Below the pieces are notes generated by a model, which was given only the letters and a program-made list of their open reading frames with translations, searched no databases and had not been told where the DNA came from. DNA of 63,711 nucleotides, filler included, from Octopus bimaculoides (Eukaryota): assembly GCF_001194135.2 (NCBI RefSeq). It is 5 parts of 5 records of this genome, joined end to end, with 100 filler letters (N's around TTAATTAATTAA, not from the genome) between each part and the next. Parts side by side here need not be neighbours in the genome. Positions count along the whole stretch, not along the records: positions 11,944 to 21,072 come from NC_068981.1; positions 21,173 to 48,921 come from NC_068994.1; 3 more parts are not named here. One strand, given 5' to 3'. The position numbers and the translations under genes were made by a program. The first letter of the stretch is position 1. Each line of letters opens with the position of its first letter. Below are positions 11,944 to 26,120 of this stretch, in pieces.

Positions 11944-14699
11944 ATGTATATATATATATATCTAATTCTGTCAGTTTACGTTTTTTAAATGGCTATTGCA
12001 ATTTTGCCACTCCCTTTCAATAAGAATCATGAAATTTATCCTGCTTTGAAACTCATTGCTTTATGTAAGGTCATATTGACCTGTTGAATAGGTTTTAACA
12101 GAAAAATTATATGCTTGATCAATTTGACGAACCAGTCCACCAATACTTATCCCATGAACAGCCTACTGTTTGTCTACATGTTCTATTTTAATAACTGTAA
12201 CCTCGATTATTCTGTATTTGAACTTCTCCATATCCATATTTTACTTATTTTGCCTTCATTGGTAATAATTTCCTCACCAAACAGACACTCATAAAATGAA
12301 CAATAAGATAAAAAATTATCCAACACACACACACGCGCGCGCACACACACACACGGATGCACACACATACGGATGCACACACACACGATTGCACACACAC
12401 ACACACACACACAAACATACATACACATACTCACGCACACACATACGCACACACAAGCACATGGGCACACAACAACAAGGGAGATAACTTTAACAGTATC
12501 AGTTAAAAGTTTTAGAAAGTAATGACAAATCAAATAAGAACAGATTCTGTCTTTAAAGCCAGGTGCAAAAAGTAATGTAAGTTTTTCAGCTCACTTGACT
12601 TTACTTAGAGCTGATCAATGCATATAGAAAAATAAAGAGAAATGTAGAGATGCTGATTATGGCTATAGAGCCGAAAAGAAATATGTATGGGTGTTCTGCA
12701 TTCCAAATTCACATGTAGTAGAGTCACACCNNNNNNNNNNNNNNNNNNNNNNNNNNNNNNNNNNNNNNNNNNNNNNNNNNNNNNNNNNNNNNNNNNNNNN
12801 NNNNNNNNNNNNNNNNNNNNNNNNNNNNNNNNNNNNNNNNNNNNNNNNNNNNNNNNNNNNNNNNNNNNNNNNNNNNNNNNNNNNNNNNNNNNNNNNNNNN
12901 NNNNNNNNNNNNNNNNNNNNNNNNNNNNNNNNNNNNNNNNNNNNNNNNNNNNNNNNNNNNNNNNNNNNNNNNNNNNNNNNNNNNNNNNNNNNNNNNNNNN
13001 NNNNNNNNNNNNNNNNNNNNNNNNNNNNNNNNNNNNNNNNNNNNNNNNNNNNNNNNNNNNNNNNNNNNNNNNNNNNNNNNNNNNNNNNNNNNNNNNNNNN
13101 NNNNNNNNNNNNNNNNNNNNNNNNNNNNNNNNNNNNNNNNNNNNNNNNNNNNNNNNNNNNNNNNNNNNNNNNNNNNNNNNNNNNNNNNNNNNNNNNNNNN
13201 NNNNNNNNNNNNNNNNNNNNNNNNNNNNNNNNNNNNNNNNNNNNNNNNNNNNNNNNNNNNNNNNNNNNNNNNNNNNNNAGTATCTACATTTATGGCACCA
13301 GTGAGCAGGGATCTACTTAGCCATTCAACCTGTAAGAAAATACCAACAAAGTCTTCCTCCATTTAATTCTTACTGCCTTAAAACCATTGCACATTGGACA
13401 ATAGGGTTTCGGAAAGATATGGGATGGTCATAACAGGAATGCATCAAAAGAGGACAAATGCTATCAGTTACACAATTTGGCAGATATACATATTGTGTAA
13501 TTAAAGGTTACATGTAGCTTGTGCATTATGCTGATTGTAGTGAATTTTATCCCTGAAGCCAACTTTTGAAAATAATGGACATACTCCAGTCCTATTAAAC
13601 ACCCTCAACAATGTATTTGTTTTACTCATTTCACAAGATCAAAAGTAATCCATAAATACATACACAATGGATACTTATGTGTATAAATAAGTGTGGATGT
13701 GGATGTATTTTATGTTCCAGATATTTGCGGTGGATAAGTACTTTATTCCCTGTAATACATGCCTTTGGATTTTTATTGACTCATTGTTAAGCTATCATAT
13801 GCATTATCTCCAAGCTTAGACTATTAAAGTACTAAAGTGAATAATAGGAAACTTAATAGATGTATTGATGACCAAGATGGTAATTACAGTACTAGTAACA
13901 GAAACTCTAGACACCAACCTATAAATGCAATCCAAAATAGTCATGCAAACTGTGCCAGGGATGATTTTTCCAACAATGACACAATCTTTCTTTTGAATGA
14001 CATCAACTTGAAGACTACCACCAATATTGAAACAGGTAACTTAAGAATAAAGCCTCATATTCTTTGAACAACAATTGCCTCTGAAAAAAATGTGGTGTAC
14101 TGCTACATTGATGCTACTGCAGACAATTTTAAATTGGGTTGAAGGAATTTCATCAATTGATTTAAAGACAGCCACAAATGACATAACACTTCCCCAGCTA
14201 AGCTACTATGGCAGTTATGTGATAGAAATATTAACTGTTCAGTCTGCTGTTTTTTCTGTACAATGTCAGAGGAATGGTGAAATTTGTGCTCGACAGAGGC
14301 TATCCAGATTTTAGATTGCAAGTCGAATTTGATTGACATATACTGTGAACTAATTATACATAGTAACCATAGTATCAGAAAAACTTTGCAAAAATACTGT
14401 TCCACCAATCTGAAAACCAAATTATAAGGCCTAATTAGAATATTGAACTATTACCTTGGAATATCTTACTGTTCAATGTCATTAACATCTAATTGCTCCA
14501 CCTGGAGATATATAATAATCCCAGAACATTATAAGTTGTCTTTTGTACCAGTTCATAATCTATGTCTGTTTGCAATTGTATATATTCTCTGCATGCTCTG
14601 CATGTATGCATTTGAACAAGAGTATATCTGCATGCCTGTAAATATAAATATTTATTTGTGTGTCTTTATATCATCATCCTCATCATCCTCATCATCCTC

Positions 14700-15545
14700 A
14701 TCATCATCATCATCATCATCCTCATCATCATCATCATCATTTAATGTCTGTTGTCCATACTGGTATGGGTTGGACAGTTTGAGAGACTGGCAAGCTGGAA
14801 GGCTGCATCAGACTCCAGTCTGATTTGGCATGGTTTCTACAGGTGGATGGCCTTTCTAACGAAAACCACTCTGAGAGTGTAATGGGTGCTTTTATATGTC
14901 ACTGGCATGGGTGCCATTTGCATGATACCAGTATCTGCCACAACTATAATTTTGCTTGACTTGATGGGTCTTCTCAAACACAACATAATGCCAAAGGTCA
15001 CAGTCATTGCCTCAATGAGGCCCAACACTTAATAGGAGCACAGCCACTTTGCATCCATAAGCACTCAAAAGGTACTTTTTATGTGCCGCCAGCATGGGTG
15101 CCAGTTACGTGACACCAGCATCAGCCACAACTATGATTTCACTTGGCTTGACAGGTCTTCTCAAGCACAAAAAAGGTCTCAGTCATCAGTCATTGCCTCT
15201 GTGAAGCCCAAAGTCTAAAGATCATGCTTCACCACCTTGTCCCATGTCTTCCTGGATCTACCTCAACCACAGGTTCCCTCCACAGTTAGAGATTGGCACT
15301 TCATCACACATGACCATACCAGCACAGTCGTCTCTCTTGCACACCACATCTGATGCCTCTTATGCTTAACTTTTCTCTCAAGATGCTTACACTCTGTTGA
15401 ACATGCACACTAACATTACACATCCAGCGAAGCATACTGGCTTGAAAGATCAAGCCTACACATGTCCTCAGTTGTCACAGCCCATGTTTCACTGCCATGT
15501 AGCAAAGCTGTTTGCACACAGGCATCATACAATCTGCCATTCTTG
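14700..15545 (-). mobile_element. RTE-clade LINE 3' fragment (degenerate)
   Basis: Minus translation GRLYDACVQTALLHGSETW; 3' tail ending in (GAT)n shared with 43845-44949 and 61700-62757. Confidence 0.8.
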
Positions 15546-15549
15546 CACC

Positions 15550-15587
<38 letters not shown>

Positions 15588-15689
15588 TGTGTGTGTGCAT
15601 GTGTGTATTTAAATATATGCAGTCATATGTATAGGAAATATATATATATATATATATATATGATGCATATATACAAATAGCACTTTTAT

Positions 15690-16365
15690 ATGGTAGTGAG
15701 ATATGGGCCCTGAATGCAGAGGACATGTGAAGGCTAGTGAGGAATAAGGCTAGTATGCTCCTCTGGATGTGCAATGTAAGTGTACATTTGTGACAGAGTG
15801 TTAGTGTATTGAAAGAAAAGTTAAGTACAAGAATTAAATGTAGTGTACAAGAGAGAAGACTATGCTGGTTTGGTCATATGATGTGGATGGGTATTGACAG
15901 CCTCATAAAGAAGTGCTGAAAGTGGCTGGGACTCATAGAAGAGGGAAATGCAGGAAGATATGAGATGACATATTGAAGGACAACCTCAGGACTTTGCACC
16001 TTTCGAGGAAGATGTCAAAGGACTGAGACTTCTGGCTCCTTGCTATACTCAAGAAGACCCATCCTCCACAGCAGAAGTTTTAAGGCCTCTTCTCCTGGTG
16101 AAGAGGATTGGCCTGTAAGTGTCCTGTGCCACTGCCATGTAAAAAGCACCTGTGCCGGCACCATGTAAAAGTGCTCATGCTAGTGCTACCTTAAAAGCAC
16201 CCAGCACACGCTGTAAAGTGATTCACATTAGGGAGAGCATCCAGCAGTTGAAACCAAACTAATTTAGACTGGAACCTGGTGCAGCTCTCCAGCTTGTTAG
16301 CTCTGGTCAAACCATCGAATGCATTTCAGCATGGAAAATGAAAGTTAAAGGATGATGATGAGGAT
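15690..16365 (+). mobile_element. RTE-clade LINE 3' fragment (degenerate)
   Basis: LYGSEIWALNAEDM...SMLLWMCNV; the same 3' tail ends in GATGATGAT. Confidence 0.8.
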
Positions 16366-17689
16366 GATGACATATTTTTGAGTATGATGATGTATAATCA
16401 TGCATAAAGGTGTGAGCTAGAATGTGCATATGTTTACCAGCATGTGTTGACTTATTTGGGCACATATAAACGTATATGTATATATACATGTATATCAGAA
16501 TATTTATATGTTTAAGTAAGTGCTGGGCTGGATGAAATGAGTGATAAAAAGTTGAATATGTGTGTATATATTGATATGGATACAGTATTATGTCTTGAGT
16601 ATGACTTTAAACTGCATCTAGTGGTGAGCTCCTGGTCCAAGAGTTCCAGGGCTTTGAGCAATGTGGAACCATCTCTTAGCCACTAGTGTTCTCAGGTCTA
16701 CTCTGATCCAGAGTAGTAGCACCCATCAGAGTCCTAGCTATGGGTTAATTCACATAATAGGGCATGGCTATCTATGCATGTGAAGAATGGATCTGACAGA
16801 TTCTGTGGAAGAAACCTTCATGGATCAACAGAAGGGAAGGTGGCTGCAGGAGAACAAGACGAAACAAGTAAGACATCTTGGACAACCATTGCATCCATTA
16901 CCATCACTAGTTTTGACCTGATCTTGCCTCTGAATTGAAGAGGATTATGGATGAGAGAGTGAGGTCAATGGCGTGCAACTCTTCTAAGACAAACTTGACA
17001 CTCAAATCATCACTCATCCTTTAAGGATGACTTGGCTTTTGGTAATCTTCTCTTAATAAAGGGAGCTAGATATATTGTAATATGTGACTGGTTACCAGTT
17101 GCTTAGCTGTGACTATTTTGCATATTTCATCTGCAAATTATTACTATTATGATTATTTCAAAACTCTGAGCTTCTTGAAACAGCTGTTGAGTTAAAAAAT
17201 ATATGTATACATACATACACACACATGTACATATTTATATATATATCTCATAACACATACAACAAACCCTCATGCACACTCCCACACCCATACAAGTACA
17301 TAATGCCTGAACACAGACAATATATACGCACACATACAATATGCATAAACACATGCAACACACATAGACAAAGATAACTTTTACCCACAAGCATACACTA
17401 TACACATGCACACTATTTGGTCATAGACATACACACACACATACACATGTGCACACACCACTTGAAAAAGCATGCATCAACTGCTACACACATACACACA
17501 AAAGACTCACATGCTCCCATTCACACATATACACTCACACACATCATCCTCACATACACACGCTCGCACACCTTAGTTCTTTAGGATCACCATTATTATT
17601 TTCCTTTCATTCAATCTCTTCTTTTCTAGTCATCTTGCCATGTTGCACGCTGACTCCTACACAGTTTTTCTCTCTTCATTCTCTCTCTC

Positions 17690-20330
17690 CATTTTTTACT
17701 CATTCCTTTCTGTTAAAAAGAACAGGCTTGAAACGTAAAAGACTTTCTGAACTTTCTGAATTTTTTACCTCCGTATATTAATAACTTTACCAATCTCTCT
17801 CCATTTTAACTTTTTTTCCCCTTTCTCTCTTTTTTTCCTTTTTCCAGCATACCTAATTATAAATCCTTCCTCCTCCACTTTCACCACCACTAAAAAGCAC
17901 CTTACCATGTTTCATTTCTGATGATTTCAACCTTCTATTAATCTTTCCAACTGATTTTCAAAAAAAACATGCTTCTGAAGTCACATTTCCTTTCTCAGTC
18001 ACTGCCTTCACAACCACCTCATCCCCAAAGGTTTCTACCTCCATTTCCACCCTACTTTCTATTCTGCTTCTGTCATCTTGCCCATACTCTGCACCACTTC
18101 CTACCGCCTTATGTGTGCTACCATTTATTCTAATCACTCCTAAATACACACTCTCAACCTCCTTCTCTCTCTCGCTTATTCCGCCTTTTTTCCTGCTGCT
18201 CAACCATCGATTGCACATTCCGCCTTATGCTTCATCCTCTTTCTAAACCACTTTTTCCAATTACTTTCTCGCTTGCACTAAACAACATAAACTCCACTCA
18301 CTCTTTCATCCTGTCCTATCTGATGCCACTACACCTACCCCTCCCCTCTCTCCCTGATCCACTCTCCCTTCATCCTCACATCCACCCTTCCATTACTCCA
18401 ACCCTCTCACACACCATTTCTTCCTCTCTCTCCTCCCAGCCTTCCACTGCCTCCCTCACCTCCCTCCACTTCTGTCTGTGGTTACCATTCCTCCTGATCT
18501 CCCTCTCATTGAAGCAGAGCATTCTCTTCTCAGTGAGGAACTGCGCTTCATCCACCTCACTCCATCCAGTTACAAGTTTCAAATCCGTGCTGATATCTAA
18601 CACTTTGTGTACCACATCAGGCTACATGCACTATTCCACAACACTCCACCTGCATCTAATGAAGAAGACTGATTCACCGACCTGGGCCACCGAATATCCC
18701 ACTGGATGCCAGCTCCTGGCCAGTTCCAAGCAGTTAGTCACTTTGTAAGCATCTGCCAACATGTTGTGAACCAGTTTAACTTTTGCAGGCATTCCCGACA
18801 TTTCAACATCTCCCTGGCCGAACTTTCCACCCTTTGATGTCTCCAACGCAACGCCACAAATATATTGTCATCAAACCGGCTGAGAAGGGTAGAGCTGTAG
18901 TGTTGTAGCATGCAAACCTTTACAAGGCTGAAGCTCTTTCTCAACTATGAGACACCTCCTATTACCCTTTGCCCTTCAACCCCATGCCTAACTACCAACA
19001 GACTGTGTCCTTCATTATTCATGACCTCGTTTCCTCCTCCCGTCACCTTCCTACTGCCTCTAACCTCACTGCTTGTACACCATGCACCCCCCGCTGTTTA
19101 CTTCCTTCCCAAAATTCACAAGCCCAACAACCCTGGTCACCCCATCGTCTCTGCCTGCAATGGAAATGATCTTCAAATACCTCGACCGTGTCCTTGCCCC
19201 CCAAGTGGCTTCCCTCTCCTCACACATCCATGACACCAATCACTTGTCCTCTCCCTCATCTGCTTCTCGTTCATGGGGTGGTCTGGGCCCCAACTATGCA
19301 AACCTGTTTGTTGGCTATGCTGAGGCCCAAATATTCTCACAACTCACTGGTCCCACTCCTGAGCTATACAGTCACTATATTGATGACTGTATCAGTGTGA
19401 CCTCACTCTCCCACCAACAGGATACTTTCTTCTCCTTTGTTCAATCCTTCCATTCTGTCTTTGAATTCTCCTGCACTATAACTCTTCTGTTGACGTTTCC
19501 GTCAGCATACACCACTCCACTCTCACTGCCTCCATCCACTACAAACACACCGACTCACACTCCTACCTTAACTACTCCTCCTCCTACCCTACCAACTCCA
19601 AGCTCTCCATCTCATATTCCCAATTGCTCCATTTATGCAGGCTCTGCAGTGACAGTCATGACTTTGAGACTCAATCTCAACACATGGCTCACCACTTCAT
19701 CCTACATGGATATTCCCTCACCCTTATCCATACTGCCTTGCCAGGGCATGATCTATGGACTGTGCCTCTGTTCTTTCTCCTTGCACCGGCCACACCCTTA
19801 CCCATCTCCCGTTCCACCCTCACCTACTACCCCTCCATTCTACCATTCCCACATACCATTCTCTGAGCCTTCCGGTGACTCTAGTCCGACCCTTCCACCT
19901 TGCACATCTTCCCTAACCTACCCCTTCCCTCCTTCAAATGAACCATAACCTGTTTGACCTCCTGGTCTACACTTTCTTCCCTACACCCTCCCAACTTGGC
20001 TCTTTCCCCTGCTCCTGCCCGTGCTGGCACACTTGCCCCCACCTCTCCAACACCACCATCCTTACAGGCACCCATCATTGTCCCTATCAAACACCCATAC
20101 ACATTATTCAACTCCTCACTCACTTCACACACCATTACACACCTCCACAACACCTTCCAGCACCTTCCTACTCCACACACACTAGCACCAACCACTTTTC
20201 AGCACCCACACCACACATCTTCAATAGTGTTGAGTAGAGCACTGGCACAGTTTTGGCTACCTGGTGTCATCCACAGTCGGGGTATATTTCCATTGGATCT
20301 ACTTCAGGAACTCCACAGTGTTAGTTGAGA
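17690..20330 (+). mobile_element. Degenerate near-full-length Penelope-like element
   Basis: RT motifs YFLPKIHKPNNPGHPIVSAC, GPNYANLFVGY and YIDDCI in broken frames; pLTR-type motif at the 5' side (about 17703-17750). Confidence 0.85.
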
Positions 20331-20517
20331 TAATAATAATTTCTTAAGCAATCAGTAGATGGATTTGGTATTTATCTTTATTTTGTATAATGGTGATTTC
20401 GCCCCATCCTGCGACTGTCCCTTATGAATAGTACTCTGTTCAACGTGTGTTGCATCCATTTTACGGTCTGGGTCTCATCAGGTACATAATATACATAAGG
20501 TACATCAGGTACATCAT

Positions 20518-20660
20518 CATCATCATCATTTAACGTCCGCTTTCCATGCTGGCATGGGTTGGACGATTTGACTGAGGACTGGTGAAACCGGATGGCAACA
20601 CCAGGCTCCAATCTAAATTTGGCAGAGTTTCTACAGCTGGATGCCCTTCCTAACCCCAAA
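20518..20660 (-). mobile_element. RTE LINE extreme 3' tail
   Basis: Reverse complement of the 44820-44949 tail (CCAGCATGGAAAGCGGACGTTAAATGATGATG). Confidence 0.85.
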
Positions 20661-21172
20661 CAGGTACATAAAACTGTGTCTCGCTAAAGATCCTGAATTT
20701 TGGCTGTCATGTTGTTATATAGCCATCTGGTTAGGGAATGGAACATTGCTACAATTTTCAATTACTTTTACCTTTCTATAATAAGAATTGCAAACATTTG
20801 TAAATATAGACAAATAACTGTTGATCGAAAAAAAAAAAAAATTGTAGGGGAGGTGAATGAATGGATAGTTATTTGTGTATATTTGCAAATGTTTGCAATT
20901 CTTATTATAAAAAGGTAATAGTAATTGAAAATTGTAGCAATGTTCTATTGTCTAACCTGAAGAGCCAAAAGTTTGAGAATAACCTATTTGTTAAAGAACA
21001 AAGAGGTGTGCATCATTCTCTGTGACTTAAGGACAGTTTTCATTCTATTTTCTTCAGTAGCAGGATGGGTCGNNNNNNNNNNNNNNNNNNNNNNNNNNNN
21101 NNNNNNNNNNNNNNNNTTAATTAATTAANNNNNNNNNNNNNNNNNNNNNNNNNNNNNNNNNNNNNNNNNNNN

Positions 21173-22036
21173 ACTAACATGACCATTTTCTCCGGAATCT
21201 AAATCTTTTGCAGACACCATTGCAATTGGCCTGTTTCTTTGATGCGTGTTCCTTACTGAGATGTTATAAATATCTTTATTAAATACTGGTGAATTATCAT
21301 TTAAGTCTATGACAGATATGTGCACATCTAAAACACCTTGTTTCGATGGATAGCCTCCATCTTTGGCAATAACTTGTAGATTATAAGAATCTTTTACCTC
21401 CCTGTCTAATTTCCTTGCCAAAATGATTCCCAGTTCAGAACTACCAGTAATGGTTTTCCTTGCAGACAATGTGAATGGTAAGTCTGGTTTATTTCTTAAC
21501 TGATATGATATCTTTGAATTCACAACTCCAACATCTCTATCAATGGCATGCGGTAGGGTTTTGATTGTACCAATTCCATCTGTCTCGTAATAAACTATAT
21601 TCTCAACTCTTTCTGGGAATTCTGGATGGTGGTCATTAACATCTTCTATTATTACTTTCACTTTTAAAATTCGCATAAACATGTCTGCCTGTCGGACAGC
21701 AACTTTAACAATGGTATAACAGTCCTTTTTGGGACTGCACAGCTGTTCAGCATCCAATATCCGAGCTGTGTGAAGTTTACCTGAAGTAGTCACGTTGAAC
21801 AGTTGATTAGAACCAAATTTCCTCTGCTGAAGTTGGTTAAATGTTGTTTGGAGGGAACCTTGGTATGGGGATGTATTTAGAAGAAGAAAATCTGCTGCGA
21901 TATCACCGATATAGGTTCCAGTATTGCGTTCTTCTTCAACATGGTAAGTGATATCAACTAAACACAAGAAGCCAGGGAAGAGGTGAAAGTTTAATGCTAA
22001 CGTAATCAACACATGCCAATATGTAAATGTAGTCAT
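21173..22036 (-). CDS. Protocadherin, N-terminal part (signal peptide, EC1, EC2, start of EC3); truncated by the assembly join
   Basis: Open frame from ATG at 22036; hydrophobic leader; EC1 with the protocadherin-type C-X5-C (LCSPKKDC), DVNDHHPEF, AIDRDVG, LDRE, AKDGGYP and DLNDNSPVF; strong acceptor CTTCTTCTTCTTTCAG just upstream (exon starts at 22069). Confidence 0.95.
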
Positions 22037-22139
22037 CACTAAAATATCTGTGATGGGGAAATATCAAACCTGAAAGAAGAAGAAGAAGGAAATTGTGTGA
22101 GCGACATCAGGAAAGGAACAAAGACAAACAGCAATTTAA

Positions 22140-22360
22140 CCCTTTCGTTACCAACAGGGCTGAAACTGGTTCTGGCTCTGTAGTACAAATGTCTTGTTTT
22201 CATAAGTTTTGAATTAAAATCTTCCACCAAACCTTAGTTACAATTTAAGTTCCTAACACTAGCTGAATGATAACTAAGTTATTTTACTAAATTCTTTGTT
22301 ATATTTAAAGTAATTGAAAGAAACACAGAGCATCTGAAAATAAATACAGTAACGAAAGGG
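22140..22360. mobile_element. piggyBac-type MITE (221 bp)
   Basis: TIRs CCCTTTCGTTAC / GTAACGAAAGGG, flanked on both sides by TTAA (22136-22139 and 22361-22364). Confidence 0.85.
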
Positions 22361-23393
22361 TTAAACAAAAGTTAAACAAACAAGAGAAACTGTCAGTAAA
22401 GTGTTACCTGACCCTTTATGTCTTGGTATTTGAAGGGGGAGATAGAATGGTTCCTTGTTTTATTTTATTGAATTTTTTTGTTATTTACTGTTAAGAGGGA
22501 AAGCAGAGACTTAAGCAACTTTTTAGGGACTTTGTGATTGACGGGAGTAAGTTATCCTAAGACACAGAGACATGACCTGAATGACTGCAACACAAGACAC
22601 TTACAGACCAAGTGGTGTGTTAGACTGGATCATAGATTAAAACTACCTCACAAACGCGCGCGTGCGTGTGTGTGTGTGTGTGTGTGTACATGATGGGTAC
22701 AATTCCTATGACACAGACTAACTGAAACAGGAAAGGCTGGAAATTATCTGACGCTTACATTCACTTCCCAAATAAACTGCCAAAGGCAGTTACAAGAATT
22801 TGAAAGAAATTCACTATTTCTTCTAGCACACACTCACGATATGTATGTATGCATGCATGCATGTATGTATGTAAGCATGTATGTGTGTGTGTATATATGT
22901 GCAAATACATTTGTATGTATGCAAGTATGTACGTGTATATGTATATTTGTTTGTATGTATGTAAGTAGTTATCTAAAGCTTGGGTATACATCTTGTAGGA
23001 TGATGATTAAAGCACTTTCACTGTTTATGGCTACCTGATGTCATTCCCAGTATTGATGTAAACACAACTAGATCTACCTCAGGTATTCCTCGGTGTTCGT
23101 CAAGTAAATAACAAATGAGAGAAAGAGAAAATGGAATTCACAAGACTCTTGATCCATTTTTGTGTTTTATTTACGATTAACGATATGTTAAGCTTATTAT
23201 CTGTATGTAAAAAGTAAGAAATATCCATCCCATGTCATTCTAGATCATAGAACCTGTAGGCAACCAGCTACAGGCAAATAATGACATGCATTATAATAGA
23301 ACCAAGGTGCCAAGCAGTGGGACTGAACCTGGAATCATATGGTTGGGAAGCAAGCTTCTTACCACACAGCCATGCCTGCACCTACTATGATCT

Positions 23394-23425
<32 letters not shown>

Positions 23426-25074
23426 CATAATCACACACACTTAATAGCTCATAACAATTCAAATGTTTAATCGCTACTGTCTACAAAATGTTAATTTTTC
23501 TAGAAATCCTTGAATTTGTCTCTCCCACTCCCCCACACCACCCGCCCCCTCCCTCTCTCCGTGCCTGTGCGTGTGTGTGATGTTTCTGTTCCATGGGAAA
23601 GAACTGATGTTGTAACATACTGCGGCACCACACAATGGTACTAGATAGGACTAGCTTAAAAGATTTTAAAGTGACTAACAGCACAGATATTCAGAGGATG
23701 CAATGGTATTAAACAGTTTCATAAATAATCTGGAAACAAGAAATATTGAATTCATTCATCGGATCATCTCATATTTTATCGTTTCTGTCTGTTAGTTTAA
23801 AGAAGACCAAAAATTGTGGCTACTGTTAAAAGGGAGGTAACTACGGTATAACAGTATTTTCTCTTTTCTCTAGTTTAGTGGAAACAATCTCTGCAGGATT
23901 CCTTTATATATGTTTGTATGGTGAAACCGAAATACTATTTGACATAGAAATAGGATTCGTGAAAACGCTAGTTATCCTGCTGTATGGATGTTTATTTATT
24001 TATTATCTCAGAGGTTTAATAAGTTATATTAAATAGACAAATAATGTTATTCAGTTTCGGTTTATTTCTCCAAATATTCTTCCTCAAATATTTATAAACT
24101 TTATGTTGACATATTTGAATTCATGGATTTAGAAAAATAAGCTAAAATCTTTTCTTTTTTTTTTTTTATTATCCAGTAAGAATTAATTTGTGAGAGAAAC
24201 ATGTCTGTGTTCTTATCAGAAATTTTAAACTTTGGATCAAAGAACTTGGACTCTTTATTAACAGATGTCATAATTTACAAATTAAATATTTTCTAAACTT
24301 TGCTCTTCAAAATTAGAAGAGTTAGAGTTGATGTTGTTGTTATTGTTGTAGTAGTAGTAGTAGTAGTAGTTGTTTTTGTTTAGCCCAAGGTTGGCTGTGA
24401 CTGTGTACATATACCATGAAAGTCCATTAAACTGTAACCATCACAATTTTGTGTGCCAGAGGCTATATTGGTTGTTGTTTCTTCATGTTGGCCACATCTG
24501 ATACCAGTAATTGCACCTGGTTTGTCAGTCATTTAACTTTCTTTATTGTGTAATTTATGTATGTGTGAAATGTTGTGGAGAATGGTGGAGCATGTATAAC
24601 AGGTTGTGTTTCGTAGAGATGCAAGAACTTAAAAAGGATGAGTAAAAGAGAATGTACAGGAAATTGCTGTACAAAGCTAACATTATTCCTTGAAACACTC
24701 TCTTATTATTACAATGCATTCGTATTTTACCTGTTGTTTGTTGTGTATTAATAAATAATGAAATAATTGCTTAATTCACAGAGGTTGTACCTGTGGAAAT
24801 TCACTCACAATAATAGTAGTTTTCAGCTGGTTTTGTTCAATTTTGACTGGTATTCCCTGACATCAATGTCTGGTTTTTCTTTACATCCAAAGTAAGCATA
24901 ATATATTTCTCTTCAAACCCAATCTACCACGATTTGATTTTGCACAGATCCAAGTCTACACACTGCATTCACCTGCCCAATATCATAAGCTGCTATTAAA
25001 TCATATTCACTAAGTGGACGACAGAATTTATTAAATTGCTTCTTTGTGTTAATTGTTATAAAATATCTTTATAC

Positions 25075-25199
25075 AGGTGCAGACGTGGCTGTGTGGTAAG
25101 AAGTTTGCTTCCCAACAACATGGTTCCAGGTTCAGTTTCACTGCATGGCACCTTGGGCAAGTGACTTTCAATGTAGCCTTGGGCCAACCAAAGCCTTGC
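25075..25199 (+). mobile_element. tRNA-derived SINE (family A), 5' half
   Basis: A-box TGGCTGTGTGG, B-box GGTTCAG, CORE-like CCTTGGGCAAGT; further 5' fragments at about 6105-6172 (-) and 23295-23382 (-). Confidence 0.8.
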
Positions 25200-25491
25200 A
25201 GTTGAGCGAGAGACCAACAAAACTCCTTGTAACACCAAAGATGAACTGAAGGCAAGGATTATGGCAGCATTCACCAACTTAAACAAGGAGAACGTCCAAA
25301 AGAATTGCAGGTGATTCCAAAGTCGTCTGGAGGCCTTGGTTGAAGTCAATGGTGATTTTATTGAATAAATTTACTCTTTAGTATTTCAAGATATTTTAAT
25401 GTAATTTTGGTAAATATATCTGTTAAAATGAGAGGTCAGTGTTATTTTCATTTTTGGGTAATTTAGACGACAGTTTATCCACCACACCCTG
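25200..25491 (+). mobile_element. Tc1/mariner-superfamily transposon 3' end
   Basis: Translation VERETNKTPCNTKDELKARIMAAFTNLNKENVQKNCR*FQSRLEALVEVNGDFIE*; ends ...CACCCTG followed by TA. Confidence 0.75.
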
Positions 25492-25507
25492 TATACAGCT
25501 TTACGTG

Positions 25508-25554
<47 letters not shown>

Positions 25555-25749
25555 GGGTTAATCCTAATCAAGCAAGTCTTTGATGATATGCACTCAATCT
25601 GTTACCATTCTGTTGATTTAAAGAGTATTTAGGACTACATTATCCAGTTGCAATTTGAGGAAGATTTGGCTGCTATTTCCAGTACGTCAAATGACCATGT
25701 AGAGACTGAGATGGTGGATGGGTGGTAGTGATGATGATGATGATGATAG

Positions 25750-26120
25750 GTGTAGGAGCAGTTGAGAGGTTAAGAAGCTTGTTTACCAACCACATGGTTC
25801 TGAGTTCAGTCCCACTGCATGGCACTTTGAGCAAGTGTCTTCTTCTTTAGCCCTAGGCCAACCAAAGCCTTGTGAATGGATTTGATAGATGGAAACTAAA
25901 AGAAGCCCATTGTATGTGTGTCTGTCCTCACCACTGCTTGAAAACCAGTGTTGGTTTGTTTATGTCCCCATAATTTTTCAGTACAGTAATAGAGACTGAT
26001 AGACTAAGTGCATGACTTAAGAGAAAATAAGTCCTGGGGTCAATTTGTTTAACTAACACCCTTCAAGGTGGTGCTCTAGCTTGGCCGCAGTTAACTGATT
26101 GAAACAAAGGGAAAATAAAA
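25750..26120 (+). mobile_element. tRNA-derived SINE family A, near full length
   Basis: Colinear with the 30040-30415 and 55354-55756 copies. Confidence 0.85.

Noticed and set aside
13837-14430. Short ORFs and a Cys cluster (WQLCDRNINCSVCCFFC) as a zinc-finger exon
   Set aside because: There are multiple stops in every frame, no convincing splice sites and no recognisable family motif. At most it is an unidentifiable relic.
17449-20328. Pro/Ser/Thr/His-rich ORFs as mucin-like proteins
   Set aside because: They are off-frame readings of a C-rich, frameshifted Penelope element.
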